Positions 12,701-26,876 of a stretch of 64,000 bases of DNA are shown here, piece by piece. A program made the translations under genes and the position numbers. The first letter of the stretch is position 1. Each line of letters opens with the position of its first letter. This DNA comes from Eledone cirrhosa. Taxonomy: Eukaryota. Where the stretch lies: contig OZ024742.1 in NCBI GenBank assembly GCA_964016885.1, positions 235,600,001-235,664,000 on the forward strand. The letters run 5' to 3'. The notes under the pieces are model-generated. The model was not told the origin of the DNA. It did no database searches and worked only from the letters and a program-made list of their open reading frames with translations.

Positions 12701-14685
12701 GAAAGGTGACTGTATCAGAATTATTGTAGTGGAAAGGTGACTGTATCAGAACTATTGTAGTAGAAAGGTGACTGTATCAGAACTATTGTAGTGGAAAGGT
12801 GACTGTATCAGAACTAATGTAGTTGAAAGTTGACTGTATCAGAACTATTGTAGTGGAAAGGTGACTGTATCAGAACTATTGTAGTTGAAAGGTGTCTGTA
12901 TCTGAACTATTGTAGTGGAAAGGTGACTGTATCAGAACTATTGTAGTAGAAAGGTGACTGTATCAGAACTATTGTAGTTGAAAGGTGACTGTATCAGAAC
13001 TATTGTAGTGGAAAGGTGACTGTATCAGAACTATTGTAATTGAAAGGTGACTCTATAAGAACTATTGTAGTAGAAAGGTGACTGTATCAGAACTATTGTA
13101 GTTGAAAGGTGACTGTATCAGAACTATTGTAGTGGAAAGGTGACTGTATCAGAACTATTGTAGTAGAAAGGTGACTGTATCAGAACTATTGTAGTGGAAA
13201 GGTGACTGTATCAGAACTAATGTAGTTGAAAGGTGACTGTATCAGAACTATTGTAGTTGAAAGGTGGCTGTATCAGAACTATTGTAGTAGAAAGGAGACT
13301 GTATCAGAACTAATGTAGTAGAAAGGTGACTGTATCAGAACTAATGTAGTTGAAAGGTGACTGTATCAGAACTAATGTAGTTGATAGGTGACTGTATCAG
13401 AACTACTGTAGTTGAAAGGTGACTGTATCAGAACTATTGTAGTTGAAAGGTGACTGTATCAGAACTATTTTGCGATGGAAGGTGACTGTATTAGTACTAT
13501 TGTGAAATGGAAGGTGAATGTATGAGAACTATTGTGAGATGGAAGGTGACTGTATCAGAACTATTGTTGATGGAAGGTGACTGTATCAGAACTATTGTGA
13601 GATGGAAGGTGACTGTAACAGAACTATTGTGAGATGGAAGGTGACTGTATCAGAACCAATGTGAGATGGAAGGTGACTGTATCAGAACTATTGTTAGATG
13701 AAAGGTGACTGTATCAGAACTATTGTCAGATGGAAGGTGACTGTATCAGAACTAATGTGAGATGGAAGGTGACTGTAACAGAACTATTCGGAGATGGAAG
13801 GTGACTGTATCAGTACTATTGTGAAATGGAAGATGACTGTATGAGATCTATGGTGAGATGGAAGGTGACTGTATCAGAACTATTGCGAAATGGACGTTGA
13901 CTGTATCAGAACCAACGTGAGATGGAAGGTGACTGTATCAGAACTATTATAAGGTGGAAGGTGACTGTAACAGAACTATTGTGAGATGGAAGTTGACTGT
14001 ATCAGAACTAATGTGAAATGGAAGGTGACTGTATTAGAACTATTATGAGGTGAAAGGTGACTGTAACAGAACTATTGTGAGATGGAAGTTGACTGTATCA
14101 GAACTATTGTTGATGGAAGGTGACTGTATCAGAACTATTGTGAGATGGAAGGTGACTGTAACAGAACTAATGTGAGACGGAAGGTGACTGTATCAGAACT
14201 ATTGTGGGATAGAAGTTGACTGTAACAGAACTATTGTGAGATGGAAGCTGACTGTATCAGAACTATTGTGAGATGGAAGGTGACTGTATCAGAACTATTG
14301 TGAGATGGAAGGTGACTGTATCAGAACTATTGTGAGATGGAAGGTGATGGTAAAAGAATTAATGTGAGATGGAAGGTGACTGTAACAGAACTATTGTGAG
14401 ATGGAAGGTGACTGTATCAGAACTATTGTGAGATGGAAGGTGACTGTAACAGAACTATTGTGGGATAGAGGATGACTGTAACAGAACAATTATGAGGTGG
14501 AAGGTGACTGTAACAGAACTATTGTGAGATGGAAGGTGACTGTATGAGAAGTATGTGAGATGGAAGGTGACTGTATCAGAACTATTGTGCGATGGAAGGT
14601 GACTGTATCAGAACTAATGTGAGATAGAAGGTGACTGTAATAGAACTATTGTGAGATGGAAGGTGACTGTAACAGAACTATTGTA
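9701..14685 (+). repeat. Three diverged copies of a ~1.8-2.0 kb unit (type B cassette plus type A block)
   Basis: Cassette start marker TTTTGCGATGG at 9702, 11491 and 13468, each followed by the same ordered variants (TTGTTAGATGAAAGG, TTGTCAGATGG, GCGAAATGGACGTTG, TATTATGAGGTG). Confidence 0.88.
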
Positions 14686-15399
14686 GTGGAAAGGTGACTG
14701 TATCAGAACTATTGTAGTTGAAAGGTGATTGTATCAGAACTATTGTAGTGGAAAGGTGACTGTATCAGAACTAATGTAGTTGAAAGGTGACTGTATCAGA
14801 ACTAATGTAGTTGAAAGGTGACTGTATAAGAACTAATGTAGTTGAAAGGTGACTGTATCAGAAATATTGTGAGATGGAAGGTGACTGTATCAGAACTATT
14901 GTAGTGGAAAGGTGACTATATAAGAACTATTGTTGTTGAAAGGTGACTGTATCAGAAGTATTGTAGTTGAAAGGTGACTGTATCAGAACTAATGTAGTTG
15001 AAAGGTGACTGTATCAGAACTAACGTTGTTGAAAGGTGACTGTATCAGAATTAATGTAGTTGAAAGGTGACCGTATAAGAATTAATGTAGTTGAAAGGTG
15101 ACTGTATCAGAGCTATTGTAGTTGAAAGGTGACTGTATGAGAACTAATGTAGTTGAAAGGTGACTGTATCAGAACTAACGTTGTTGAAAGGTGACTGTAT
15201 CAGAACTATTGTAGTTGAAAGGTGACTGTATGAGAACTATTGTAGTTGATAGGTGACTGTATCAGAACTATTGTAGTTGAAAGGTGACTGTATCAGAACT
15301 ATTGTAGTTGAAAGGTGACTGTATCAGAACTATTGTAGTTGAAAGGTGACTGTATCAGAGCTATTGTAGTTGAAAGGTGACTGTATCAGAACTATTGTA

Positions 15400-17345
15400 A
15401 GATGGAAGGTGACTGTATGAGAACTATTGTGAGATGGAAGGTGACTGTAACAGAACTATTGTGAGATGGAAGGTGACTGTAACAGAACTATTGTGAGATG
15501 GAGGTGACTGTATGAGAACTATTGTGAGATGGAAGGTGACTGTAACAGAACTATTGTGAGATGGAAGGTGACTGTAACAGAACTATTGTGGGATGGAAGG
15601 TGACTGTATCAGAACTATTGTGAGATGGAAGGTGACTGTAACAGAACTATTGTGAGATGGAAGGTGACTGTAACAGAACTATTGTGAGATGGAAGGTGAC
15701 TGTATGAGAACTATTGTGAGATGGAAGGTGACTGTAACAGAACTATTGTGAGATGGAAGGTGACTGTATGAGAACTATTGTGAGATGGAAGGTGAATGTA
15801 ACAGAACTATTGTGAGATGGAAGGTGACTGTAACAGAACTATTGTGAGATGGAAGGTCACTGTATCAGAACTATTGTGAGATGGAAGTTGACTGTAACAG
15901 AACTATTGTGAGATGGAAGGTGACTGTATCAGAACTAATGTGAGATGGAAGGTGACTGTATCAGAACTATTGTGGGATGGAAGGTGACTGTAACAGAACT
16001 ATTGTGAGATGGAAGGTGACTGTAACAGAACTAATGTGAGATGGAAGGTGACTGTATCAGAACCAATGTGAGATGGAAGGTGACTGTATCAGAACTATTG
16101 TGAGATGGAAGGTGACTGTATCAGAACTAATGTGAGATGGAAGGTGACTGTAACAGAACTATTGTGAGATGGAAGGTGACTGTAACAGAACTATTGTGAG
16201 ATGGAGGTGACTGTATGAGAACTATTGTGAGATGGAAGGTGACTGTAACAGAACTATTGTGAGATGGAAGGTGACTGTAACAGAACTATTGTGGGATGGA
16301 AGGTGACTGTATCATAACTATTGTGAGATGGAAGGTGACTGTAACAGAACTATTGTGAGATGGAAGGTGACTGTAACAGAACTATTGTGAGATGGAAGGT
16401 GACTGTATGAGAACTATTGTGAGATGGAAGGTGACTGTAACAGAACTATTGTGAGATGGAAGGTGACTGTATGAGAACTATTGTGAGATGGAAGGTGAAT
16501 GTAACAGAACTATTGTGAGATGGAAGGTGACTGTAACAGAACTATTGTGAGATGGAAGGTCACTGTATCAGAAATATTGTGAGATGGAAGTTGACTGTAA
16601 CAGAACTATTGTGGGATGGAATGTGACTGTAACAGAACTATTGTGAGATGGAAGGTGACTGTAACAGAACTAATGTGAGATGGAAGGTGACTGTATCAGA
16701 ACCAATGTGAGATGGAAGGTGACTGTATCAGAACTATTGTGAGGTGGAAGGTGACTGTATCAGAACTAATGTGAGATGGAAGGTGACTGTAACAGAACTA
16801 TTGTGAGATGGAAGGTGACTGTATCAGAACTATTGTGAGATGGAAGGTGACTGTATCAGAACTATCGTGAGATGGAAGGTGACTGTAACAGAACTATTGT
16901 GGGATAGAAGGTGACTGTAACACAACAATTATGAGGTGGAAGGTGACTGTAACAGAACTATTGTGGGATGGAAGGTGACTGTAACAGAACTATTGTGAGA
17001 TGGAAGGTGACTGTATCAGAACTATTGTGAGATGGAAGGTGACTGTATCAGAACTATTGTGAGATGGAAGGTGACTGTAACAGAACTATTGTGGGATAGA
17101 AGGTGACTGTAACAGAACAATTATGAGGTGGAAGGTGACTGTAGCAGAACTATTGTGAGATGGAAGGTGACTGTATGAGAAATATGTGAGATGGAAGGTG
17201 ACTGCATCAGAACTATTGTGCGATGGAAGGTGACTGTATCAGAACTAATGTGAGATAGAAGGTGACTGTAACAGAACTATTGTGAGATGGAAGGTGACTG
17301 TATCATAACTATTGTGAGATGGAAGGTGACTGTAACAGAACTATT
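15400..17345 (+). repeat. Pure type B (32-bp) block containing a 703-bp (22-monomer) tandem duplication
   Basis: 1-bp-deletion monomer GATGGAGG at 15497/16200 and GGAAGGTCAC at 15851/16554, both offset 703 = 22x32-1. The block recurs at about 25430-27375. Confidence 0.9.
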
Positions 17346-18009
17346 GTAGTGGAAAGGTGACTGTATCAGAACTAATGTAGTTGAAAGATGACTGTATCAG
17401 AACTATTGTAGTTGAAAGGTGACTGTAACAGAACTATCGTGAGATGGAAATTGACTGTATCAGAACTATTGTTGATGGAAGGTGACTGTATCAGAACTAT
17501 TGTGACATGGAAGGTGACTGTAACAGAACTAATGTGAGACGGAAGGTGACTGTATCAGAACTATTGTGGGATGGAAGTTGACTGTAACAGAACTATTGTG
17601 AGATGGAAGGTGACTGTATCAGAACTATTGTGAGATGGAAGGTGACTGTAACAGAACTATTGTGGGATAGAAGGTGACTGTAACAGAACAATTATGAGGT
17701 GGAAGGTGACTGTAGCAGAACTATTGTGAGATGGAAGGTGACTGTATGAGAAATATGTGAGATGGAAGGTGACTGTATCAGAACTATTGTGCGATGGAAG
17801 GTGACTGTATCAGAACTAATGTGAGATAGAAGGTGACTGTATCAGAAATAATGTAGTTGAAAGGTGACTGTATCAGAACTAATGTAGTTGATAGGTGATT
17901 GTATCAGAACTACTGTAGTTGAAAGGTGACTGTATCAGAACTATTGTAGTTGAAAGGTGACTGTATCAGAGCTATTGTAGTTGAAAGGTGACTGTATCAG
18001 AACTCTTGT

Positions 18010-20000
18010 AGTGGAAAGGTGACTTTATAAGAACTATTGTAGTTGAAAGGTGACTGTATCAGAGCTCACGTAGTTGAAAGGTGACTGTATCAGAACTATT
18101 GTAGTTGAAATGTGACTGTATCAGAACTATTGTAGTTGAAAGGTGACTGTATCAGAACTATTGTAGTAGAAAGGTGACTGTATCAGAACTAATGTAGTTG
18201 AAAGGTGACTGTATCAGAACTATTGTAGTTGAAAGGTGACTGTATCAGAACTATTGTAGTAGAAAGGTGACTGTATCAGAACCATTGTAGTTGAAAGGTG
18301 ACTGTATCAGAACTATTGTAGTGGAAAGGTGACTGTATCAGAACTATTGTAGTAGAAAGGTGACTGTATCAGAACTATTGTAGTTGAAAGGTGACTGTAT
18401 CAGAACTATTGTAGTGGAAAGGTGACTGTATCAGAACTATTGTAGTAGAAAGGTGACTGTATCAGAACTATTGTAGTTGAAAGGTGACTGTATCAGAACT
18501 ATTGTAGTTGAAAGGTGACTGTATCAGAACTATTGTAGTTGAAAGGTGACTGTATCAGAACTATTGTAGTTGAAAGGTGACTGTATCAGAACTATTGTAG
18601 TGGAAAGGTGACTTTATCAGAACTATTGTAGTTGAAAGGTGACTGTATCAGAACTAATGTAGTTGATAGGTGAGTGTATCAGAACTAATGTAGTTGAAAG
18701 GTGACTGTATAAGAACTAATGTAGTTGAAAGGTGACTGTATCAGAACTATTGTAGTAGAAAGGTGACTGTATCAGAACTATTGTAGTGGAAAGGTGACTA
18801 TATCAGAACTAATGTAGTTGAAAGGTGACTGTATCAGAACTATTGTAGTTGAAAGGTGACTGTATCAGAACTATTGTAGTAGAAAGGTGACTGTATCAGA
18901 ACTATTGTAGTTGAAAGGTGACTGTATCAGAACTATTGTAGTGGAAAGGTGACTTTATAAGAACTATTGTAGTTGAAAGGTGACTGTATCAGAACTATTG
19001 TAGTTGAAAGGTGACTGTAACAGAACTAATGTAGTAGAAAGGTGACTGTATCAGAGCTAACGTAGTTGAAAGGTAACTGTATCAGAACTATTGTAGTTGA
19101 AAGGTGACTGTATCAGAACTATTGCAGTTGAAAGGTGACTGTATCAGAACTATTGTAGTAGAAAGGTGACTGTATCAGAACTAATGTAGTTGAAAGGTGA
19201 CTGTATGAGAACTATTGTAGTTGAAAGGTCACTGTATCAGAACTATTGTAGTAGAAAGGTGACTGTATCAGAACCATTGTAGTTGAAAGGTGACTGTATC
19301 AGAACTATTGTAGTGGAAAGGTGACTGTATCAGAACTATTGTAGTAGAAAGGTGACTGTATCAGAACTATTGTAGTTGAAAGGTGACTGTATCAGAACTA
19401 TTGTAGTGGAAAGGTGACTGTATCAGAACTATTGTAGTAGAAAGGTGACTGTATCAGAACTATTGTAGTTGAAAGGTGACTGTATCAGAACTATTGTAGT
19501 TGAAAGGTGACTGTATCAGAACTATTGTAGTTGAAAGGTGACTGTATCAGAACTATTGTAGTTGAAAGGTGACTGTATCAGAACTATTGTAGTTGAAAGG
19601 TGACTGTATCAGAACTATTGTAGTGGAAAGGTGACTTTATCAGAACTATTGTAGTTGAAAGGTGACTGTATCAGAACTAATGTAGTTGATAGGTGAGTGT
19701 ATCAGAACTAATGTAGTTGAAAGGTGACTGTATAAGAACTAATGTAGTTGAAAGGTGACTGTATCAGAACTATTGTAGTAGAAAGGTGACTGTATCAGAA
19801 CTATTGTAGTGGAAAGGTGACTGTATCAGAACTAATGTAGTTGAAAGGTGACAGTATCAGAACTATTGTAGTTGAAAGGTGACTGTATCAGAACTATTGT
19901 AGTAGAAAGGTGACTGTATCAGAACTATTGTAGTTGAAAGGTGACTGTATCAGAACTATTGTAGTGGAAAGGTGACTGTATCAGAACTAATGTAGTTGAA
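18010..20000 (+). repeat. Type A block with ~1-kb (32-33 monomer) tandem duplication
   Basis: AGAGCT(C/A)ACG at 18061/19053 and ACCATT at 18281/19273 (offset 992 = 32x31); GATAGGTGAGTG at 18665/19688 (offset 1023 = 33x31). Confidence 0.85.
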
Positions 20001-23000
20001 AGGTGACTGTATCAGAACTATTGTAGTTGAAAGGTCACTGCATCCGAAATATTGTAGTTGAAAGTTGATTGTATCCGAAGTATTGTAGTTGAAAGGTGAC
20101 TGTATCAGAACTATTGTGAGATGGAAGGTGACTGTATCAGAACTATTGTAGTTGAAAGGTGTCTGTATCTGAACTATTGTAGTTGAAAGGTGACTGTATC
20201 AGAACTATTGTAGTAGAAAGGTGACTGTATCAGAACTATTGTAGTTGAAAGGTGACTGTATCAGAACTATTGTAGTGGAAAGGTGACTGTATCAGAACTA
20301 ATGTAGTTGAAAGGTGACTGTATCAGAACTATTGTAGTTGAAAGGTGACTGTATCAGAACTATTGTAGTAGAAAGGTGACTGTATCAGAACTAATGTAGT
20401 AGAAAGGTGACTGTATCAGAACTAATGTAGTTGATAGGTGACTGTATCAGAACTAATGTAGTTGAAAGGTGACTGTATCAGAACTAATGTAGTTGATAGG
20501 TGACTTTATCAGAACTACTGTAGTTGAAAGGTGACTGTATCAGAACTATTGTAGTTGAAAGGTGACTGTATCAGAACTATTGTAGTTGAAAGGTGACTGT
20601 ATCAGAGCTATTGTAGTTGAAAGGTGACTGTATCAGAACTATTGTAGTTGAAAGGTGACTGTATCAGAACTATTTTGCGATGGAAGGTGACTGTATGAGT
20701 ACTATTGTGAAATGGAAGGTGAATGTATGAGAACTATTGTGAGATGGAAGGTGACTGTATCAGAACTATTGTTGATGGAAGGTGACTGTATCAGAACTAT
20801 TGTGAGATGGAAGGTGACTGTAACAGAACTATTGTGAGATGGAAGGTGACTGTATCAGAACCAATGTGAGATGGAAGGTGACTGTATCAGAACTATTGTT
20901 AGATGAAAGGTGACTGTATCAGAACTATTGTCAGATGGAAGGTGCCTGTATCAGAACTAATGTGAAATGGAAGGTGACTGTATGAGATCTATGGTGAGAT
21001 GGAAGGTGACTGTATCAGAACAATTGCGAAATGGACGTTGACTGTATCAGAACCAATGTGAGATGGAAGGTGACTGTATCAGAACTATTATGAGGTGGAA
21101 GGTGACTGTAACAGAACTATTGTGAGATGGAAGTTGACTGTATCAGAACTAATGTGAGATGGAAGGTGACTGTATCAGAACTATTATGAGGTGAAAGGTG
21201 ACTGTAACAGAACTATTGTGAGATGGAAGTTGACTGTATCAGAACTATTGTTGATGGAAGGTGACTGTATCAGAACTATTGTGAGATGGAAGGTGACTGT
21301 AACAGAACTAATGTGAGACGGAAGGTGACTGTATCAGAACTATTGTGGGATGGAAGTTGACTGTAACAGAACTATTGTGAGATGGAAGGTTACTGTAACA
21401 GAACTATTGTGAGATGGAAGGTGACTGTATCAGAACTATTGTGAGATTGAAGGTGACTGTATCAGAACTATTGTAGTTGAAAGGTGACTGTATCAGAAGT
21501 ATTGTAGTAGAAAGGTGACTGTATCAGAACTATTGTAGTTGAAAGGTGACTGTATCAGAACTATTGTAGTGGAAAGGTGACTGTATCAGAACTATTGTAG
21601 TTGAAAGGTGACTGCATCCGAAATTTTGTAGTTGAAAGTCGACTGTATCCGAAGTATTGTAGTTGAAAGGTGACTGTATCAGAACTATTGTGAGATGGAA
21701 GGTGACTCTATCAGAACTATTGTAGTTGAAAGGTGACTGTATCAGAATTATTGTAGTAGAAAGGTGACTGTATCAGAACTATTGTTGTTGAAAGGTGAGT
21801 GTATCAGAACTATTGTAGTTGAAAGGTGACTGTATCAGAACTATTGTAGTAGAAAGGTGACTGTATCAGAACTATTGTAGTTGAAAGGTGACTGTATCAG
21901 AACTATTGTAGTGGAAAGGTGACTGTATCAGAACTATTGTAGTAGAAAGGTGACTGTATCAGAACTATTGTAGTGGAAAGGTGACTGTATCAGAACTAAT
22001 GTAGTTGAAAGGTGACTGTATCAGAACTATTGTAGTTGAAAGGTGACTGTATCAGAACTATTGTAGTAGAAAGGTGACTGTATCAGAACTAATGTAGTAG
22101 AAAGGTGACTGTATCAAACTAATGTAGTTGATAGGTGACTGTATCAGAAATAATGTAGTTGAAAGGTGACTGTATCAGAACTAATGTAGTTGATAGGTGA
22201 CTGTATCAGAACTACTGTAGTTGAAAGGTGACTGTATCAGAACTATTGTAGTTGAAAGGTGACTGTATCAGAACTATTGTAGATGAAAGGTGACTGTATC
22301 AGAGCTATTGTAGTTGAAAGGTGACTGTATCAGAACTATTGTAGTTGAAAGGTGACTGTATCAGAACCATTTTGCGATGGAAGGTGACTGTATCAGTACT
22401 ATTGTGAAATGGAAGGTGAATGTATGAGAACTATTGTGAGATGGAAGGTGACTGTATCAGAAATATTGTTGATGGAAGGTGACTGTATCAGAACTATTGT
22501 GAGATGGAAGGTGACTGTAACAGAACTATTGTGAGATGGAAGGTGACTGTATCAGAACCAATGTGAGATGGAAGGTGACTGTATCAGAACTATTGTTAGA
22601 TGAAAGGTGACTGTATCAGAACTATTGTCAGATGGAAGGTGACTGTATCAGAACTAATGTGAGATGGAAGGTGACTGTAACAGAACTATTGTGAGATGGA
22701 AGGTGACTGTATCAGTACTATTGTAAAATGGAAGATGACTGTATGAGATCTATGGTGAGATGGAAGGTGACTGTATCAGAACTATTGCGAAATGGACGTT
22801 GACTGTATCAGAACCAATGTGAGATGGAAGGTGACTGTATCAGAACTATTATGAGGTGGAAGGTGACTTTAACAGAACTATTGTGAGATGGAAGTTGACT
22901 GTATCAGAACTAATGTGAGATGGAAGGTGACTGTATTAGAACTATTATGAGATGAAAGGTGACTGTAACAGAACTATTGTGAGATGGAAGTTGACTGTAT

Positions 23001-26000
23001 CAGAACTATTGTTGATGGAAGGTGACTGTATCAGAACTATTGTGAGATGGAAGGTGACTGTAACAGAACTAATGTGAGACGGAAGGTGACTGTATCAGAA
23101 CTATTGTGGGATGGAAGTTGACTGTAACAGAACTATTGTGAGATGGAAGGTTACTGTAACAGAACTATTGTGAGATGGAAGGTGACTGTATCAGAACTAT
23201 TGTGAGATGGAAGGTGATGGTAAAAGAGCTAATGTGAGATGGAAGGTGACTGTAACAGAACTATTGTGAGATGGAAGGTGACTGTATCAGAACTATTGTG
23301 AGATGGAAGGTGACTGTAACAGAACTATTGTGGGATAGAGGGTGACTGTAACAGAACAATTATGAGGTGGAAGGTGACTGTAACAGAACTATTGTGAGAT
23401 GGAAGGTGACTGTATGAGAACTATGTGAGATGGAAGGTGACTGTATCAGAACTATTGTGCGATGGAAGGTGACTGTATCAGAACTAATGTGAGATAGAAG
23501 GTGACTGTAACAGAACTATTGTGAGATGGAAGGTGACTGTAACAGAACTATTGTAGTGGAAAGGTGACTGTATCAGAACTATTGTAGTTGAAAGGTGACT
23601 CTATCAGAATTATTGTAGTGGAAAGGTGACTGTATCAGAACTAATGTAGTTGAAAGGTGACTGTATCATAACTAATGTAGTTGAAAGGTGACTGTATAAG
23701 AACTAATGTAGTTGAAAGGTGACTGTATCAGAACTATTGTAGTAGAAAGGTGACTGTATCAGAACTATTGTAGTGGAAAGGTGACTGTATCAGAACTAAT
23801 GTAGTTGAAAGGTGACTGTATCAGAACTATTGTAGTGTAAAGGTGACTGTATCAGAACTAATGTAGTTGAAAGGTGACTGTATCAGAACTATTGTAGTTG
23901 AAAGGTGACAGTATCAGAACTATTGTAGTGGAAAGGTGACTGTATCAGAACTATTGTAGTTGAAAGGTGACTGTATCAGAACTATTGTAGTTGAAAGGTG
24001 ACTGTATCAGAACTATTGTAGTTGAAAGGTGACTGTATCAGAACTATTGTGAGATGGAAGGTGACTGTATCAGAACTATTGTAGTGGAAAGGTGACTGTA
24101 TCAGAACTATTGTGAGCTGGAAGGTGACTGTATCAGAACTATTGTGAGATAGAAGGTGACTCTATCAGAACTATTGTGAGATAGAAGGTGACTGTATGAG
24201 AACTATTGTTGTTGAAAGGTGACTGTATCAGAACTAATGTAGTAGATAGGTGACTGTATCAGAACTAATGTAGTTGAAAGATGAATGTATCAGATCTATC
24301 GTAGTTGAAAGGTGACTGTATCAGAACTATTGTAGTGGAAAGGTGACTGTATCAGAACTATTGTGAGATGGAAGGTGACTGTATCAGAACTATTGTGAGA
24401 TGGAAGGTGACTGTATCAGAACTATTGTGAGATAGAAGGTGACTGTATGAGAACTATTGTTGTTGAAAGGTGACTGTATCAGAATTATTGTAGTTGAAAG
24501 GTGACTGTATCAGAACTATTGTGAGATGGAAGGTGACTGTATCAGAACTATTGTGAGATAGAAGGTGACTGTATCAGAACTATTGTGAGATAGAAGGTGA
24601 CTGTATGAGAACTATTGTTGTTGAAAGGTGACTGTATCAGAACTAATGTAGTAGAAAGGTGACTGTATCAGAAATATTATAGTAGAAATGTGACTGTATC
24701 AGAACTAATGTAGTTGAAAGATGACTGTATCAGAACTATTGTAGTTGAAAGGTGACAGTATCAGAACTATTGTGAGATGGAAGGTGACTGTATCAGAACT
24801 ATTGTTGTTGAAATGTGACTGTATCAGAACTATTGTAGTTGAAAGGTGACTGTATCAGAACTAATGTAGTTGAAATGTGACTGTATCAGAACTAATGTAG
24901 TTGAAAGGTGACTGTATAAGAACTATTGTAGTAGAAAGGTGGCTGTATCGGAACTATTGTAGTTGAAAGGTGACTGTATCAGAACTAATGTAGTTGAAAG
25001 GTGACTGTATAAGAACTATTGTAGTAGAAAGGTGGCTGTATCAGAACTAATGTAGTGTAAAGGTGACTGTATCAGAACTATTGTGAGATGGAAGGTGACT
25101 GTATCAGAACTATTGTAGTGGAAAGGTGACTGTATAAGAACTATTGTAGTTGAAAGGTGACTGTATAAGAGCTAACGTAGTTGAAAGGTGACTTTATCAG
25201 AAATATTGTAGTTGAAAGGTGACTGTATGAGAACTAATGTAGTGGGAAAGGTGACTGTATCAGAACTAATGTAGTTGAAAGGTGACTGTATAACAATTAA
25301 TTTAGTCGAAAGGTGACTGTATCAGAACTATTGTAGTTGAAAGGTGACTGTATCAGAACTATTGTAGTTGAAAGGTGACTGTATCAGAGCTATTGTAGTT
25401 GAAAGGTGACTGTATCAGAACTATTGTAAGATGGAAGGTGACTGTATGAGAACTATTGTGAGATGGAAGGTGACTGTAACAGAACTATTGTGAGATGGAA
25501 GGTGACTGTAACAGAACTATTGTGAGATGGAGGTGACTGTATGAGAACTATTGTGAGATGGAAGGTGACTGTAACAGAACTATTGTGAGATGGAAGGTGA
25601 CTGTAACAGAACTATTGTGGGATGGAAGGTGACTGTATCAGAACTATTGTGAGATGGAAGGTGACTGTAACAGAACTATTGTGAGATGGAAGGTGACTGT
25701 AACAGAACTATTGTGAGATGGAAGGTGACTGTATGAGAACTATTGTGAGATGGAAGGTGACTGTAACAGAACTATTGTGAGATGGAAGGTGACTGTATGA
25801 GAACTATTGTGAGATGGAAGGTGAATGTAACAGAACTATTGTGAGATGGAAGGTGACTGTAACAGAACTATTGTGAGATGGAAGGTCACTGTATCAGAAC
25901 TATTGTGAGATGGAAGTTGACTGTAACAGAACTATTGTGAGATGGAAGGTGACTGTATCAGAACTAATGTGAGATGGAAGGTGACTGTATCAGAACTATT

Positions 26001-26876
26001 GTGGGATGGAAGGTGACTGTAACAGAACTATTGTGAGATGGAAGGTGACTGTAACAGAACTAATGTGAGATGGAAGGTGACTGTATCAGAACCAATGTGA
26101 GATGGAAGGTGACTGTATCAGAACTATTGTGAGATGGAAGGTGACTGTATCAGAACTAATGTGAGATGGAAGGTGACTGTAACAGAACTATTGTGAGATG
26201 GAAGGTGACTGTAACAGAACTATTGTGAGATGGAGGTGACTGTATGAGAACTATTGTGAGATGGAAGGTGACTGTAACAGAACTATTGTGAGATGGAAGG
26301 TGACTGTAACAGAACTATTGTGGGATGGAAGGTGACTGTATCATAACTATTGTGAGATGGAAGGTGACTGTAACAGAACTATTGTGAGATGGAAGGTGAC
26401 TGTAACAGAACTATTGTGAGATGGAAGGTGACTGTATGAGAACTATTGTGAGATGGAAGGTGACTGTAACAGAACTATTGTGAGATGGAAGGTGACTGTA
26501 TGAGAACTATTGTGAGATGGAAGGTGAATGTAACAGAACTATTGTGAGATGGAAGGTGACTGTAACAGAACTATTGTGAGATGGAAGGTCACTGTATCAG
26601 AAATATTGTGAGATGGAAGTTGACTGTAACAGAACTATTGTGGGATGGAATGTGACTGTAACAGAACTATTGTGAGATGGAAGGTGACTGTAACAGAACT
26701 AATGTGAGATGGAAGGTGACTGTATCAGAACCAATGTGAGATGGAAGGTGACTGTATCAGAACTATTGTGAGGTGGAAGGTGACTGTATCAGAACTAATG
26801 TGAGATGGAAGGTGACTGTAACAGAACTATTGTGAGATGGAAGGTGACTGTATCAGAACTATTGTGAGATGGAAGG

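Noticed and set aside
15400-17345. G-quadruplex potential in B blocks (GGAAGG)
   Set aside because: Only GG doublets with ~26-nt loops between monomers; no regular G3 tracts.
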